Assembly: GCA_963741955.1 (NCBI GenBank)
Contig: CAVUKB010000005.1
Location: forward strand, 224,001 to 288,000
Length of the DNA: 64,000 nt
Direction: 5' to 3'
Source of the DNA: an uncultured Acidobacteriota bacterium
GTDB taxonomy: Bacteria > Acidobacteriota > Thermoanaerobaculia > Gp7-AA8
Positions 41,432 through 52,500 of this stretch are shown piece after piece. Positions within the stretch are counted from its first letter, which is position 1; the number at the start of each line of letters is the position of its first letter. A model generated the notes under the pieces. The model made no database searches. It was not told the DNA's origin and saw only the letters and a program-made list of their open reading frames with translations. A program made the position numbers and the translations under genes.

Positions 41432-43159
41432 GTGCCACTGACGATCGATCGCGCCGCTGAAACGGCGGAGCCGGCGTCCCGGTGCCGGATCACGGCGGCG
41501 GAAGTGGCCGCTCTTCTCGCGGTCGCCGCCGCCACCGCGTTCGCTCTCGCCCACTCATGGAACCGCTGGCTCGAACCGATCATCGACAGCGGTCGCGATC
41601 TTTACGTCCCCGGTGCGATCCTCCACGGAGCGAAGCTCTACTCCGACCTCCTCTACTTCTATCCTCCGACCACGCCGTACCTCCTGGCGCTGATCACATC
41701 CGTGATCGGCCGCAGCCTCGCAGCTTACACGGCGATCGGACTCGCGTCGGCGATCACTGCTGCGGCAGTCGCGTACGGCATCGCACGACAGGCGAGCGGC
41801 TGGACCTCCGCGGTCTCGATCACACTTCTATTCGTTTCGCTCAATCTGGCGGGGGCAACCACGTGGGGAGCCAACTGGATCTTTCCCTATGCCTACACCG
41901 CCACGTTCGCGATGACCTCGCTGCTCATCGCCGTACTCTTTCTCTACCGGTTCCTCTTCGTGACTCGAGCCAGCTCGACCGGCTGGCTGGCCATGCTGTT
42001 CGCACTTCTGTCGGCCACGATGAAGATCGAGTATGCAGCGGCCGTTGCGGCACTCCTCGCGGTGTCGCTGGTCGTCTATCGTCTGCCGCTCCGCTACGCC
42101 GCCGGAATGGTGCTCGCGGGGATCGCAGCGCTCATCCTCCTCTCGATCTATTTTCACGATCCCCGTCCGGGCCACGACTGGCTCCGCGACAACGTCCTCG
42201 CGAGCTCTCTCCTTTCCGGAACGACCTCGAGATTCTTCTACGGGAGCGTCTCGGGGACGGACCGATGGGCGTCGAATCTGCGCTCCTCCCTCATCGGGCT
42301 CCTGGAGATCTCCGCGATGGCCGGCACGATCGCCATGATCGACCGGATGCGCGTTCGTTCGCGCGCCGCGACTGCGGCACTCGCGATCGTCCTCGGCGCG
42401 CTCTTCTATTTCGGCGCGGGCGAACGGTTCTTCATGGCCTGGACGCTGATCATGATCGCGCTCGTACCGTTCGCGCTTCGTGAGTGGCGATCCTCTCCGC
42501 TCCTTCTGCTGCTGACCGTCTCACTCGCCACCGCAATCCGGATCATCTTCTTCCTCGGGCCGTGGTGGTACGGCTTCGTCCTCATCATCCCGACGTACCT
42601 TCTCATCGCATACGTTCTCTTTCACTACCTCCCGAGAATGAAAATCTACTCGGAGGGAGCAGCGAAGCTGTGGGTTCTCTTCTTCGCGCTGCTCGCCATC
42701 AATGGACTCGCCCGCGCGCTTCCGGCCTGGGCAGCGAAGAGCGAACCGGTGAACAGCCGGATGGGCACGTACTACGACTATCCATACCGCGCAGTTCCGA
42801 TCGAACAGTTCCTCCGCTGGATGGAGAACCGACCCGCCGGCGAAACGCTGGTGGTGATGCCGGAGGGGCTCACGCTGAATTACCTCAGCGGGCATCCGAC
42901 GAATCTTTCATACCAGACCTTCACTCCCATCGAGATCGCCGATCCCGAGATCGAAAAGCGCATCGTCGACGAGCTTCGCCAGCGAAGACCCGATCTCGTC
43001 GCGCTGGTGACTCGAGACGTTCGTGAATTCGGATACCGAGGATTCGGAATCGACTACGGCCGCCCGGTGATCGAGTTTCTTCGCCGGGAATACCGTCCGG
43101 TCGGGACCGCGAGCTCTCCCAGGTTTCGCATACTCGTGCTGCAGAGAAATGGCGGGTGA
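41432..43159 (+). CDS. Polytopic membrane protein, GT-C glycosyltransferase-like
   Basis: DSGRDLY...LYSD...YPP first loop, many transmembrane helices, and a soluble C-terminal domain. Confidence 0.65.
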   Translation: MPLTIDRAAETAEPASRCRITAAEVAALLAVAAATAFALAHSWNRWLEPIIDSGRDLYVPGAILHGAKLYSDLLYFYPPTTPYLLALITSVIGRSLAAYTAIGLASAITAAAVAYGIARQASGWTSAVSITLLFVSLNLAGATTWGANWIFPYAYTATFAMTSLLIAVLFLYRFLFVTRASSTGWLAMLFALLSATMKIEYAAAVAALLAVSLVVYRLPLRYAAGMVLAGIAALILLSIYFHDPRPGHDWLRDNVLASSLLSGTTSRFFYGSVSGTDRWASNLRSSLIGLLEISAMAGTIAMIDRMRVRSRAATAALAIVLGALFYFGAGERFFMAWTLIMIALVPFALREWRSSPLLLLLTVSLATAIRIIFFLGPWWYGFVLIIPTYLLIAYVLFHYLPRMKIYSEGAAKLWVLFFALLAINGLARALPAWAAKSEPVNSRMGTYYDYPYRAVPIEQFLRWMENRPAGETLVVMPEGLTLNYLSGHPTNLSYQTFTPIEIADPEIEKRIVDELRQRRPDLVALVTRDVREFGYRGFGIDYGRPVIEFLRREYRPVGTASSPRFRILVLQRNGG

Positions 43160-43180
43160 CCCCCCGGCCGAACGTCCTCT

Positions 43181-44251
43181 CTACTCGAATCCAGGGAGCA
43201 GCATCTCGGGCGATTCTTCCTCTTCTGGCGGAAAGTTCGAAACGCCGATCCCCGCCAGGCGAAACTTCGTCCCCTCCGGAAAATCGAAGCGGGAGAGAAG
43301 CTCGTTGGCGATGGTCCTGAGATCGTCCGGCGACGCCGGCGGCCGAGGCGGTGTGGTCTGTCGGGTCGCGGTCGTGAAGTCCGCTGCGCGAAGCTTCACC
43401 GTCACGGTGCGACCGAACATCCGTTTCTTTTCCAGGCTCTTCCAGAGCTCTTCGGCGGCCACGGCGATCCTTTCGCGGATCTCGTCGAGGGTCAGGTCGA
43501 AACGGAACGTGTTCTCGGACGAGATCTGTTTCGCCCTCTGATGCGGAACGACCGGATGCTCGTCGATTCCCCTCGCCAGTTCCCAGAGGCGGTCTCCGAA
43601 CTTTCCGAAGCGCTCCGCGAGAGCCTCCCGTTCCCATCTCCGCAGCTGTCCCACGGTGGCGATCCCCATCTCGGTGAGGATCGCTTCGGTCGCCTTCCCC
43701 ACTCCCGGGATCTTTCCGACCGGCAACGGCTCGAGAAACCGCTCGACCTGGTTCGGACGAATCACGAAGAGCCCGTCGGGCTTGCGCCAGTCCGAAGCGA
43801 TCTTCGCCAGGAACTTGTTCGGCGCCACCCCGGCGGAGGCAGTCAGCTGCGTCTCCTCCAGGATCTCACGACGGATCACCTTCGCCGCCTCCGTCGCGGT
43901 CGGGATTCCGGTCCGCTCCTCCGTGACGTCGAGATAGGCCTCGTCGAGCGAGAGCGGCTCGACCATCTCGGTGTGACGAAGGAAGATCTCCCGGACCTGC
44001 CGCGACACGGCACGGTATCGTTCGAAGTCGGGGCGCACGAGGATTGCCGCGGGACAGAGCCGCAACGCCCGGCGAACCGGCATCGCCGAACGGACGCCGA
44101 ACTTCCGGATCTCGTACGACGCCGCCACGACGACTCCGCGCTCTTCCGCAGACCACGCGACGATGACCGGTTTACCCTTCAGCGAAGGGTCGTCGCGCTG
44201 CTCGACGGACGCGTAGAACGCGTCCATGTCCACGTGGATGATCTTGCGCAT
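43181..44251 (-). CDS. dinB: DNA polymerase IV
   Basis: IIHVDMDAFYASVE, ASYEIRKFGV, SLDEAYLD and KFLAKIASD. Confidence 0.96.
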   Translation of the reverse strand: MRKIIHVDMDAFYASVEQRDDPSLKGKPVIVAWSAEERGVVVAASYEIRKFGVRSAMPVRRALRLCPAAILVRPDFERYRAVSRQVREIFLRHTEMVEPLSLDEAYLDVTEERTGIPTATEAAKVIRREILEETQLTASAGVAPNKFLAKIASDWRKPDGLFVIRPNQVERFLEPLPVGKIPGVGKATEAILTEMGIATVGQLRRWEREALAERFGKFGDRLWELARGIDEHPVVPHQRAKQISSENTFRFDLTLDEIRERIAVAAEELWKSLEKKRMFGRTVTVKLRAADFTTATRQTTPPRPPASPDDLRTIANELLSRFDFPEGTKFRLAGIGVSNFPPEEEESPEMLLPGFE

Positions 44252-44357
44252 GCTCGGGTCTGACCGTCGCGTTCAAATGCTCATTGCGACTCGTTCCAGC
44301 CGCTATTATCCGCGATCCCGCTGACATAGAATGCCGCTGGTTTTTGGGAGGACCGGA

Positions 44358-45335
44358 ATGAAACACGTGCAACCCATTTCCGTCGCGATCTACGGGCTCG
44401 GACCGATCGGCGCCGAGATCGCGAAACTGATGCTCAGGAAACCGTGGCTCAAGGTCGTCGCCGCCGTGGACATCGATCCGAACAAGGTCGGCAAGGACCT
44501 GGGCGAGGTGATCGGTACGGGACAAAAGACAGGCATCATCGTCACGAAAGAGCTCGAGACGAGGTGCGACGCGGTCTGTCACTCCACGCTGTCGCGTCTC
44601 ACCCAGGTCGAGCAGCAGCTCCTGACCCTGCTCAACAAGGGATGTCACGTCGTCTCGACCTGTGAGGAGCTCTCGTTCCCTCTCGACCCCACCATCCGCG
44701 AGAATCTCCAGCACGCCGCCCGTGCGGCGAACGTCACGCTTCTCGGCACCGGAGTCAATCCGGGGTTCGTGATGGACAAGCTTCCCCTCACCATCACGTC
44801 GGTGTGCCAGGAAGTCCGCGAGGTCAACGTCTTCCGCGTCGTCGACGCATCACTGCGCCGCGAGCCTCTGCAACGAAAAGTCGGCGCAGGCATCAGCAGA
44901 GAAGAGTTCCAGAAGCGCGTCGAAGCCGGGACGCTGAAACACATGGGGCTGAAGGAATCGCTGATGATGATCGCCGACGGGATGAACGTACATCTCGAGG
45001 AAGTCAGCGAAGAGAAGATCATGCCGATGATCGCCGATCACGAGATCACGACGCAGTACTTCAAGGTCGCACCGGGAGAGGTCGCCGGCGTGCACCAGAC
45101 GATCAGCGGAAAAGGAAAGATCGACATCAGTCTGGATATCAAAATGTACGTCGGAGCGACGGATCCCGCCGACCGGGTGGAGGTCAAAGGGATTCCCGAC
45201 GTCTCGATGGTGATCACGGGAGGAGTCCACGGAGATCGCGCGACGGCGGCGATGGCGGTGAACTCGATCCCGCGCGTCGTGGTGGCTCGGCCCGGGCTCC
45301 TGACGATGGACGACATTCCGATCAGCTACCGCTGA
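44358..45335 (+). CDS. DapB-like NAD(P)-dependent dehydrogenase (2,4-diaminopentanoate/amine dehydrogenase family)
   Basis: GGAGG RBS. GLGPIG, STCEEL, GTGVNPGFVMD and GDRATAA. Confidence 0.75.
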   Translation: MKHVQPISVAIYGLGPIGAEIAKLMLRKPWLKVVAAVDIDPNKVGKDLGEVIGTGQKTGIIVTKELETRCDAVCHSTLSRLTQVEQQLLTLLNKGCHVVSTCEELSFPLDPTIRENLQHAARAANVTLLGTGVNPGFVMDKLPLTITSVCQEVREVNVFRVVDASLRREPLQRKVGAGISREEFQKRVEAGTLKHMGLKESLMMIADGMNVHLEEVSEEKIMPMIADHEITTQYFKVAPGEVAGVHQTISGKGKIDISLDIKMYVGATDPADRVEVKGIPDVSMVITGGVHGDRATAAMAVNSIPRVVVARPGLLTMDDIPISYR

Positions 45336-45354
45336 GTCGATCGTGCTGACGGCC

Positions 45355-47464
45355 TGGGTTGGACGTCCTCGTCCGATGCCCAGTGGGTTGGACGTCCCGT
45401 CCGATGCAGGGTGGCCCAGTGGGTTGGACGTCCCGTCCGATGCAGGGTGGCGTCCCGCGCCACCCTGCTCCAGGCAAGTTACGACGATCCTCCCGAGAAG
45501 AGAGACACGAACCGACCGCGGCGCGAGAGGAGCGATCCGCGTGGCGTTGTCGCCATCGCTCCCCGGCAGGATGCCGGGGAGCCTCGCGCGGGACGGCGAC
45601 CCACTTTCCCGCAACCCACTTGTTGGTTGGACGTCTCGTCCGATGCAGGGTCGCCCAGTGGGTTGGACGTCTCGTCCGATGCAGGGTGGCGTCCCGCGCC
45701 GCCCTGCTCCGCGCAAGTTACGACGATCTTCCCGAGAAGAGAGACACGAACGCCACGCCGCGCGAGAGGAACGATTCGCGTCGCGTTGACGCCATCGCTC
45801 CCCGGCAGGATGCCGGGGAGCCTCGCGCGAGACGCGCGACCCACTTTCCCGGAACCCACATGTGGGTTGGACGTCCCGTCCGATGCAGGGTGGCCCAGTG
45901 GGTTGGACGTCTCGTCCGATGCAGCGTGGCGTCCCGCGCCGCCCTGCTCCAGGCAAGTTACGACGCTCTTCCCGAGAAGAGGGACACGAACCGACCGCGG
46001 CGCGAGAGGAACGATTCGCGTCGCGTTGACGCCATCGCTCCCCGGCAGGATGCCGGGGAGCCTCGCGCGAGACGCGCGACCCACTTTCCCGCAACCCACT
46101 TGTGGGTTGGACGTCCCGTCCGATGCAGGGTGGCCCAGTGGGTTGGACGTCTCGTCCGATGCAGGGTGGCGTCCCGCGCCACCCTGCCCAGGGCAAGTTA
46201 CGACGATCCTCCCGAGAAGAGAGACACGAACGGACTGCATCGCGAGAGGAGCGATCCGCGTGGCGTTGTCGCCATCGCTCCCCGGCAGGATGCCGGGGAG
46301 CCTCGCGCGAGACGCGCGACCCACTTTCCCGCAACCCACTTGTGGGTTGGACGTCCCGTCCGATGCAGGGTGGCCCAGTGGGTTGGACGTCCCGTCCGAT
46401 GCAGGGTGGCGTCCCGCGCCACCCTGCTCCAGGCAAGTTACGACGCTCTTCCCGAGAAGAGGGACACGAACCGACCCCGGCGCGAGAGGAGCGATCCGCG
46501 TGGCGTTGTCGCCATCGCTCCACGGCAGGATGCCGGGGAGCCTCGCGCGAGACGCGCGACCCACTTTCCCGCGACCCACATGTGGGTTGGACGTCTCGTC
46601 CGATGCAGGGTGGCGTCCCGCGCCACCCTGCTCCAGGCAAGTTACGACGATCCTCCCGAGAAGAGAGACACGAACGGACTGCATCGCGAGAGGAGCGATC
46701 CGCGTGGCGTTGTCGCCATCGCTCCCCGGCAGGATGCCGGGGAGCCTCGCGCGAGACGCGCGACCCACTATGCAGCGTGGCGTCCCGCGCCGCCCTGCTC
46801 CGCGCAAGTTACGACGATCCTCCCGAGAAGAGAGACACGAACGGACTGCATCGCGAGAGGAGCGATCCGCGTGGCGTTGAGGCCATCGCTCCCCGGCAGG
46901 ATGTCGGGGAGCCTCGCGCGAGACGCGCGACCCACTTTCCCGCGACCCACTTGTGGGTTGGACTTCCCGTCCGATGCAGGGTGGCCCAGTGGGTTGGACG
47001 TCTCGTCCGATGCAGGGTGGCGTCCCGCGCCGCCCTGCCCAGGGCAAGTTGCCACGATCCTCCCGAGAAGAGAGACACGAACGGACTGCATCGCGAGAGG
47101 AGCGATCCGCGTGGCGTTGTCGCCATCGCTCCCCGGCAGGATGCCGGGGAGCCTCGCGCGAGACGCGCGACCCACTTTCCCGCGACCCACATGTGGGTTG
47201 GACGTCTCGTCCGATGCAGGGTGGCCCAGTGGGTTGGACGTCTCGTCCGATGCAGGGTGGCGTCCCGCGCCACCCTGCTCCAGGCAAGTTACGACGATCC
47301 TCCCGAGAAGAGAGACACGAACGGACTGCATCGCGAGAGGAGCGATCCGCGTGGCGTTGTCGCCATCGCTCCCCGGCAGGATGCCGGGGAGCCTCGCGCG
47401 GGATGCGCGACCCACTTTGATGCGCGACCCACCACGATGTGCGACCGACTTGCGTGGGTCGCGA
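45355..47464. repeat. Tandem array B: 9 hairpin-rich units, mostly 240 bp (REP/BIME-like)
   Basis: The landmark CGGCAGGATG occurs at 45564, 45803, 46043, 46283, 46523, 46727, 46894, 47134 and 47374 (spacings 239, 240, 240, 240, 204, 167, 240, 240). There is an internal 36-bp sub-repeat. Confidence 0.95.
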
Positions 47465-47471
47465 GTTGCGG

Positions 47472-48737
47472 CTACTTGCCGAGATATTTCAGCATCTCGC
47501 GCGCGGATCCCGCTTCGGGATCTTTCGGCGCGAGCTCGAGAAACTTCTCGAGATCACTCCTGGCCTGAGCATTCGCTCCCGACCCCGCCTCGATGACACC
47601 GAGGTAGTAGTACGCCTGAGGGTAACTCGGATCGACCTTCAGAGCCTTCCGGAAACGGTCACCCGAGACCTTCAGGTCATTCGCGTCGTACGCTTCGAAC
47701 GCGAGCTGGAGCAGTCCGTCACGCGCGATCTTCGGCTCGTACGGCGCGAGATCGGCGAGCGCATCGACGAGACGCTTCTTGTCTCCCAGTCCGAGTGCCG
47801 CGTTGTAACGCAGACGGATCGCCTGCTCGTTCTTCGGGTCGGCCTTCAGCACCGATTCCGCCGCGTCGAGTGCTTCACGGTACCGTCCGATCTTCTCCGC
47901 AGCCGTCGCGAGCCCGAACAGCGCTTCCTGCAGATTCGGATCGAGATTCAGAGCCTCCTGGAACTTCGCGAACGCTCCCGCAGGATCTCCCGTCTTCAGG
48001 AGTTCGACCCCATCATTGTGAAACTTCTTGGCCTCTTCCTTCGCTCGTCCGATCTTTTCGAGGTCCTTCTGAGCCTCGGCGGCCTTCTCGTCGTTCTTCA
48101 GATTCTTGTACGCTTTCCACCGGTCGAGATACACCGACTCTTCAGTGGAACCGAGCGCGATCGCCTTCTCGGCCGCCGCCGCCGCGACGTCGTTCTGTCC
48201 CAGGGCCAGCTCCGCCGACGTCAGGACTTCCCACGCCTGAACCAGCCTCGGGTCGTGCTCCGTCGCCTCACGCAGTTTTTGCACCGCCGTCGCATAGTCG
48301 TTCGCCTTGAACGCAGCAAGACCGGCGTTGTAAGCCTCGACCGCGGGCTCGTTCGTGGATGTTGGTGGGGCGACCGCTCCCGGCGGCACGGCTTCGGCGG
48401 TAGCGAGAGGCATCTTCCATTCGAAGAAGCCGTCGCCTTCGGTCTTCCACTCCTGATTCACCTCGACCGTCTGGTATCCGGCCTTCTCGAATCGGTAGTG
48501 GTAGGTCACTCCGGCTTTCCGGAAATCGACCACGAATACGCCTTTCGCGTTCGTGGTTTCGACGTCATGGAAGCCGGACACGTCCGGGGACGTCACCGTC
48601 ACCATCACTCCCTCGATGGCCTTGCCATCGGGATCGACAATCTTTCCCGTGAGCCGTCCCACGCGCTGCGCGAGGACGAGCGACGGGAGCAGAATCAGCA
48701 GGAGTGGAAGCCATGCAAATTTGCGCAGGGCAGGCAT
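47472..48737 (-). CDS. Secreted protein: carboxypeptidase-regulatory-like domain plus TPR repeats
   Basis: Signal peptide, GRLTGKIVDPDGKAIEGV, and TPR helices (AYYYLGV, FLELAP). Confidence 0.85.
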   Translation of the reverse strand: MPALRKFAWLPLLLILLPSLVLAQRVGRLTGKIVDPDGKAIEGVMVTVTSPDVSGFHDVETTNAKGVFVVDFRKAGVTYHYRFEKAGYQTVEVNQEWKTEGDGFFEWKMPLATAEAVPPGAVAPPTSTNEPAVEAYNAGLAAFKANDYATAVQKLREATEHDPRLVQAWEVLTSAELALGQNDVAAAAAEKAIALGSTEESVYLDRWKAYKNLKNDEKAAEAQKDLEKIGRAKEEAKKFHNDGVELLKTGDPAGAFAKFQEALNLDPNLQEALFGLATAAEKIGRYREALDAAESVLKADPKNEQAIRLRYNAALGLGDKKRLVDALADLAPYEPKIARDGLLQLAFEAYDANDLKVSGDRFRKALKVDPSYPQAYYYLGVIEAGSGANAQARSDLEKFLELAPKDPEAGSAREMLKYLGK

Positions 48738-48977
48738 TGCAGTCACCTCTCTCGATCTTTCAGTCTCTCTTTCATATGTCATCCTGGGAGACGTGCCGAG
48801 GGTACGAACTCTCAGGCACGCAGCCCGCGTGCCGTCGGCGGAAACGCGTCTGCGCCGCCGAGGCGGGGTGTCACGATTTCGGAAATGACGGATGAGACGA
48901 CAGAATTCCCGACGGCCGGCCGCACGCATCCGGCCGCCGACAGGGCCGAATGGCCAGTTTACCGGACGGAGGCATGG

Positions 48978-49385
48978 ATGACGACGCACCGACTCACTCC
49001 AATCGCTTTGATTTTCTCGCTTCTGGGCACGATTCTGATCGCTTGTGTTTCTTCGCCACGGGCGACGAATGCGGCGCCGACCTGCTTCGATTCCACGTGG
49101 ATCCAGAGCCTGTCCCCGCTCGGTGACCGATTCGTCTATGCGCGGGTCGGCACCAACCAGTCCTATCTCCTGACTCTGAACGTCGTCGATCCGAACCTCG
49201 ACGCGGCCCTCGGCTTCACGATCTCGGGCGATCTGAACCGGGTCTGTTCCGACGGCGGCTCGCTGCTCACCTACACCGCCGCAGGGCACTCCACCATCGC
49301 TCGCATCACCGACGTTGAGAAGGTCGACAATTTCGAGGAAGCGCGAAAGCTCGCGGAACGGCGGAGTGGTGGACGAACGAAATGA
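48978..49385 (+). CDS. Small lipoprotein (DUF6491-like)
   Basis: GGAGG RBS, lipobox LIAC, and a CF...SYLLTL...RVC pattern. Confidence 0.65.
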   Translation: MTTHRLTPIALIFSLLGTILIACVSSPRATNAAPTCFDSTWIQSLSPLGDRFVYARVGTNQSYLLTLNVVDPNLDAALGFTISGDLNRVCSDGGSLLTYTAAGHSTIARITDVEKVDNFEEARKLAERRSGGRTK

Positions 49386-49460
49386 AGTGAGCAGCTTCGC
49401 AACTTCCATTTCAGCGCCGGGAGTCCGGACGGCGGGACTGTTCCTCTCATGCCGGCTTCT

Positions 49461-49492
49461 GAAAACGAGAGGCGGTCCCGAAGGACCGCCTC
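49461..49492 (-). terminator. Intrinsic terminator of the TonB-dependent receptor gene
   Basis: GAGGCGGTCC-CGAA-GGACCGCCTC hairpin, followed on the minus strand by TCGTTTTC. Confidence 0.7.
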
Positions 49493-49514
49493 AGTCGTTT
49501 ACCTCGAGCAGTGG

Positions 49515-52500
49515 CTACTGCAGGTGGAAGGTCAGAGCTCCGTGGATGTACCGTCCGTACGGATCGTACAGGCCGGCGAATCCGGGAGCGTAGTCGACGA
49601 AGCTGAGACCCGCGCCGAGAGGCGGAGTCTTGTCCGCGATGTTGTTCACGCCGACCGACAGCGAGACATTCTGCATCAGGTTGTAGTTCGCGCTGAGGTC
49701 GAAGTAGTTCGTCGCCGGCAATTGATAGCTGCCGACGGCCTTGTACGCAGCAAGATCTCCAGGAGCATAAAGCGCCGGTGCAGGATTCGACGCATCGATC
49801 TTCGTCTGTCCGATGTAGCGCCACCCCAGCGTCACCGCGGCGGGACCGAACTGGTAGGTGAAGTACATCAGGTGACTCCAGTCGGTATCCGGCTCTCCAC
49901 ACTGATCGCCGAAGTATCCCTGGCAGTCATACGCGTACAGCCCTGTGTTGATGTAGTCCTTCAACATGTACGTCCCGATCAGGCTGACGTTGAAGGAGTT
50001 CGAGCCCATCGGCTTGAGCCAGCTGCTCGTGACGTCGACGCCTTCTCCCTTGTTCTGACCGATGTTGACGTTCGTGGCCACCGTGTAGCCCTGGGGCGTC
50101 AGCCAGAGGGTTCCGAGTGCGTCGCGGTGGATCAGGGAACAGAGGTCCGGGTCGCCCGTGTCGGCGCAGGCGGAGATCACCTGGTCGGCGCCGAGGGTCC
50201 CGATGGTGTCCTTGAGCTTGATGTTGTAGTAGTCGAATGTCGCGTTGAAGTTCGGCAGTCCGCGCGGAGTCAGCACGAGGCCGAGAGTGTACGTATCGGC
50301 GATCTCTGGATTGAGGTCCGGATTGCCGCCGGAGAGCGTGTTGTACTGCTCGGCGGGGTTGTCCAGGATGTGACCGTACTGAGCGGGGGTGACTCCGGTG
50401 CGCTGGCACTGTTCGAGCGTCGCGCTCGGGTTCTCGCCCGCGCAGATGTCCTGGCTGCCGCCGAGCGTGATGCCCTGCGGGCGGAACAGCTCGACGATGT
50501 TCGGAGAACGAGTCGCGCGGTTGTAACCGCCTCGGATCTTGAAGTCGGCCGTCGGCGCATACGACACCTGCGCCTTGTAGGTCGGGAACCGGCCGGTGGT
50601 GCTGTAGTCGGAAGTACGATAGCCGAGGCTGACGCTAAGGTCCTTCGCACCTGGCACGCCCTGCATGATCGGGAGGAGCAATTCGGCGAACATCTCGTTC
50701 GCGTGGTAGCTACCGACCACCGGAGGCGTCGGGCCACCCTGCCCGGCTCCGATTCCGAGCTGATATGCCTGATCCGGTTGGAAGTTGATCGAGAAGCGGT
50801 TGAAGGAGTATCCGAGCGCGAGTTTCACGCCTTCGGCCGCCGTCGGGAACGTGATCCCGTACTGACCGAGATCGGCCCGGGCCGTCGCGTCCAGCGTCTG
50901 TGTGACCAGGTCGGTGTTCGAGAGGAGCGGAATCCTGATGTAGTCGAGGGCAGCCTGGGTGACGCCGCCAACCTTGAAGAGATTCCAAGGAACGCAGCCT
51001 TCGCTGCGGGCCGTGGCATCCCGGCACTGCCAGGTGGACGGGTCGTTCGGATCACCGGTGACGAACAGCGCCTGCTGCAGACGGCGCGAATCGAGATCGT
51101 TGATGTAGGTCTCCGGGACTTTCGTGTCGGCGTGCACACCGGAAACGTCATAGCTCCACGCCTTGTTGATGTCTCCCTTCATCCCGCCGACGATGCGGTA
51201 CGACTGGTGGGTCAGGAGGTCCGTCCGCGCGCCGCCTTCGACATTGCGGCGACCGATGTAGAGGGGAGCGTCGTCAGTCGGACCGTAGCCGTTGTCGGTG
51301 CAGATGATCTGGCGCTCCTGCGCGCTCATCATCGGGTTGTCACAGTTGATGGCACTGGTCGAGAAGAAGTTCCCCGAAGGTGCGATCTGTGCGTCGGTGT
51401 TGTCGTCCATCAGCATGACCGAGCCATAGCCCTGTGCATGCGAGTTGAAGTTGTAGTTGAGGAATCCTCCCGCCGTCCATCTGCGGTCCGGACGCTGCAT
51501 GTAGTTGTACGTCGCAAAATTGAAGAGAGCATACCCGGGCTTGAACGTATCTCCGGGTCCGGCGGTGTCGAGAGTGTAGGACTTACCCGTGTCGGGAACG
51601 AGGAAGCGGCCGAGCGGAGTGGTCGACGAGCCGCTGCAGGCGGGGCCGCTCGCGCTAAGACCGGTCACCGAACAGTTGGTGTAATCTCGACGGTCCTTGA
51701 GAAGCGCCTGGTTCTCGCGGTAGTCGACGTAAAACATTCCGTGGCCCTTCTCCGAACCGAACTTTCCGCCGTATGCGGCGTAGGCCTCGAGCTGCCCGCC
51801 GTCCCACACGCTTCCGGTCGGTACGTTGAATCCGCGCGCTTCATTGATCTGGCGCGCGACCGCGCTGTCGTTGTTGTGCTGGAACCCGCCTCCGAGAATT
51901 CCGGCCTTCAGGCCTTCGAACTCGGTATCGAGGACGAAGTTCACCACGCCCGCGACGGCGTCGGCACCGTACACGGCAGATGCGCCGCCGGTGAGAACGT
52001 CGACGCGTTTCACCAGTTCGCCCGGGATCATGTTCAGATCGGGCGAGAGGGCGAACCGGTCACCGGCCGGCATACGATGGCCGTTGACCAGGACGAGGGT
52101 GCGCGTCGCTCCGAGGTGTCGGAGATCGATTGTTGCGGTTCCCGACGCACCATTCGAATACGTGGAGTTCTGTGCGGTGAAGATCTGCGGCAGGTTGGTG
52201 AGGAATTCCTCCACCCGCGTCGAGCCCTGATATTTCAGCTGCTCCACGTCGAGTGTGGTCACCGGGCTCATCGACTCGATCGTCGGACGCGGAATCAGCG
52301 ATCCGGTGACGGTCACCTCTTCGCCGTACTTCGCCCCGGTTGCAGCTTGCAGATCGGCATCGAGCGTCGCGCTCTGGTCGGCCCCGATCGTGACGTGCTT
52401 CGTCATGGTCTCGAAACCCTGAAGCTCGTACGTGACCGCGTAATCTCCCGCGAAGAGACCCGCGAACTCGTAACTCCCTGCAGCGTTCGTCGTGGTCGTC

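Noticed and set aside
43181-44330. SOS box or mutagenesis cassette around dinB
   Set aside because: No recognisable LexA box and no imuA/imuB/dnaE2 neighbours.
44850-47596. Long ORFs (up to 745 aa) across array B, and similar ORFs across array C
   Set aside because: They are open in several frames on both strands because the GC-rich 240-bp unit lacks stops. Units of 239 and 167 bp switch frames, and there is no RBS or protein-like composition.
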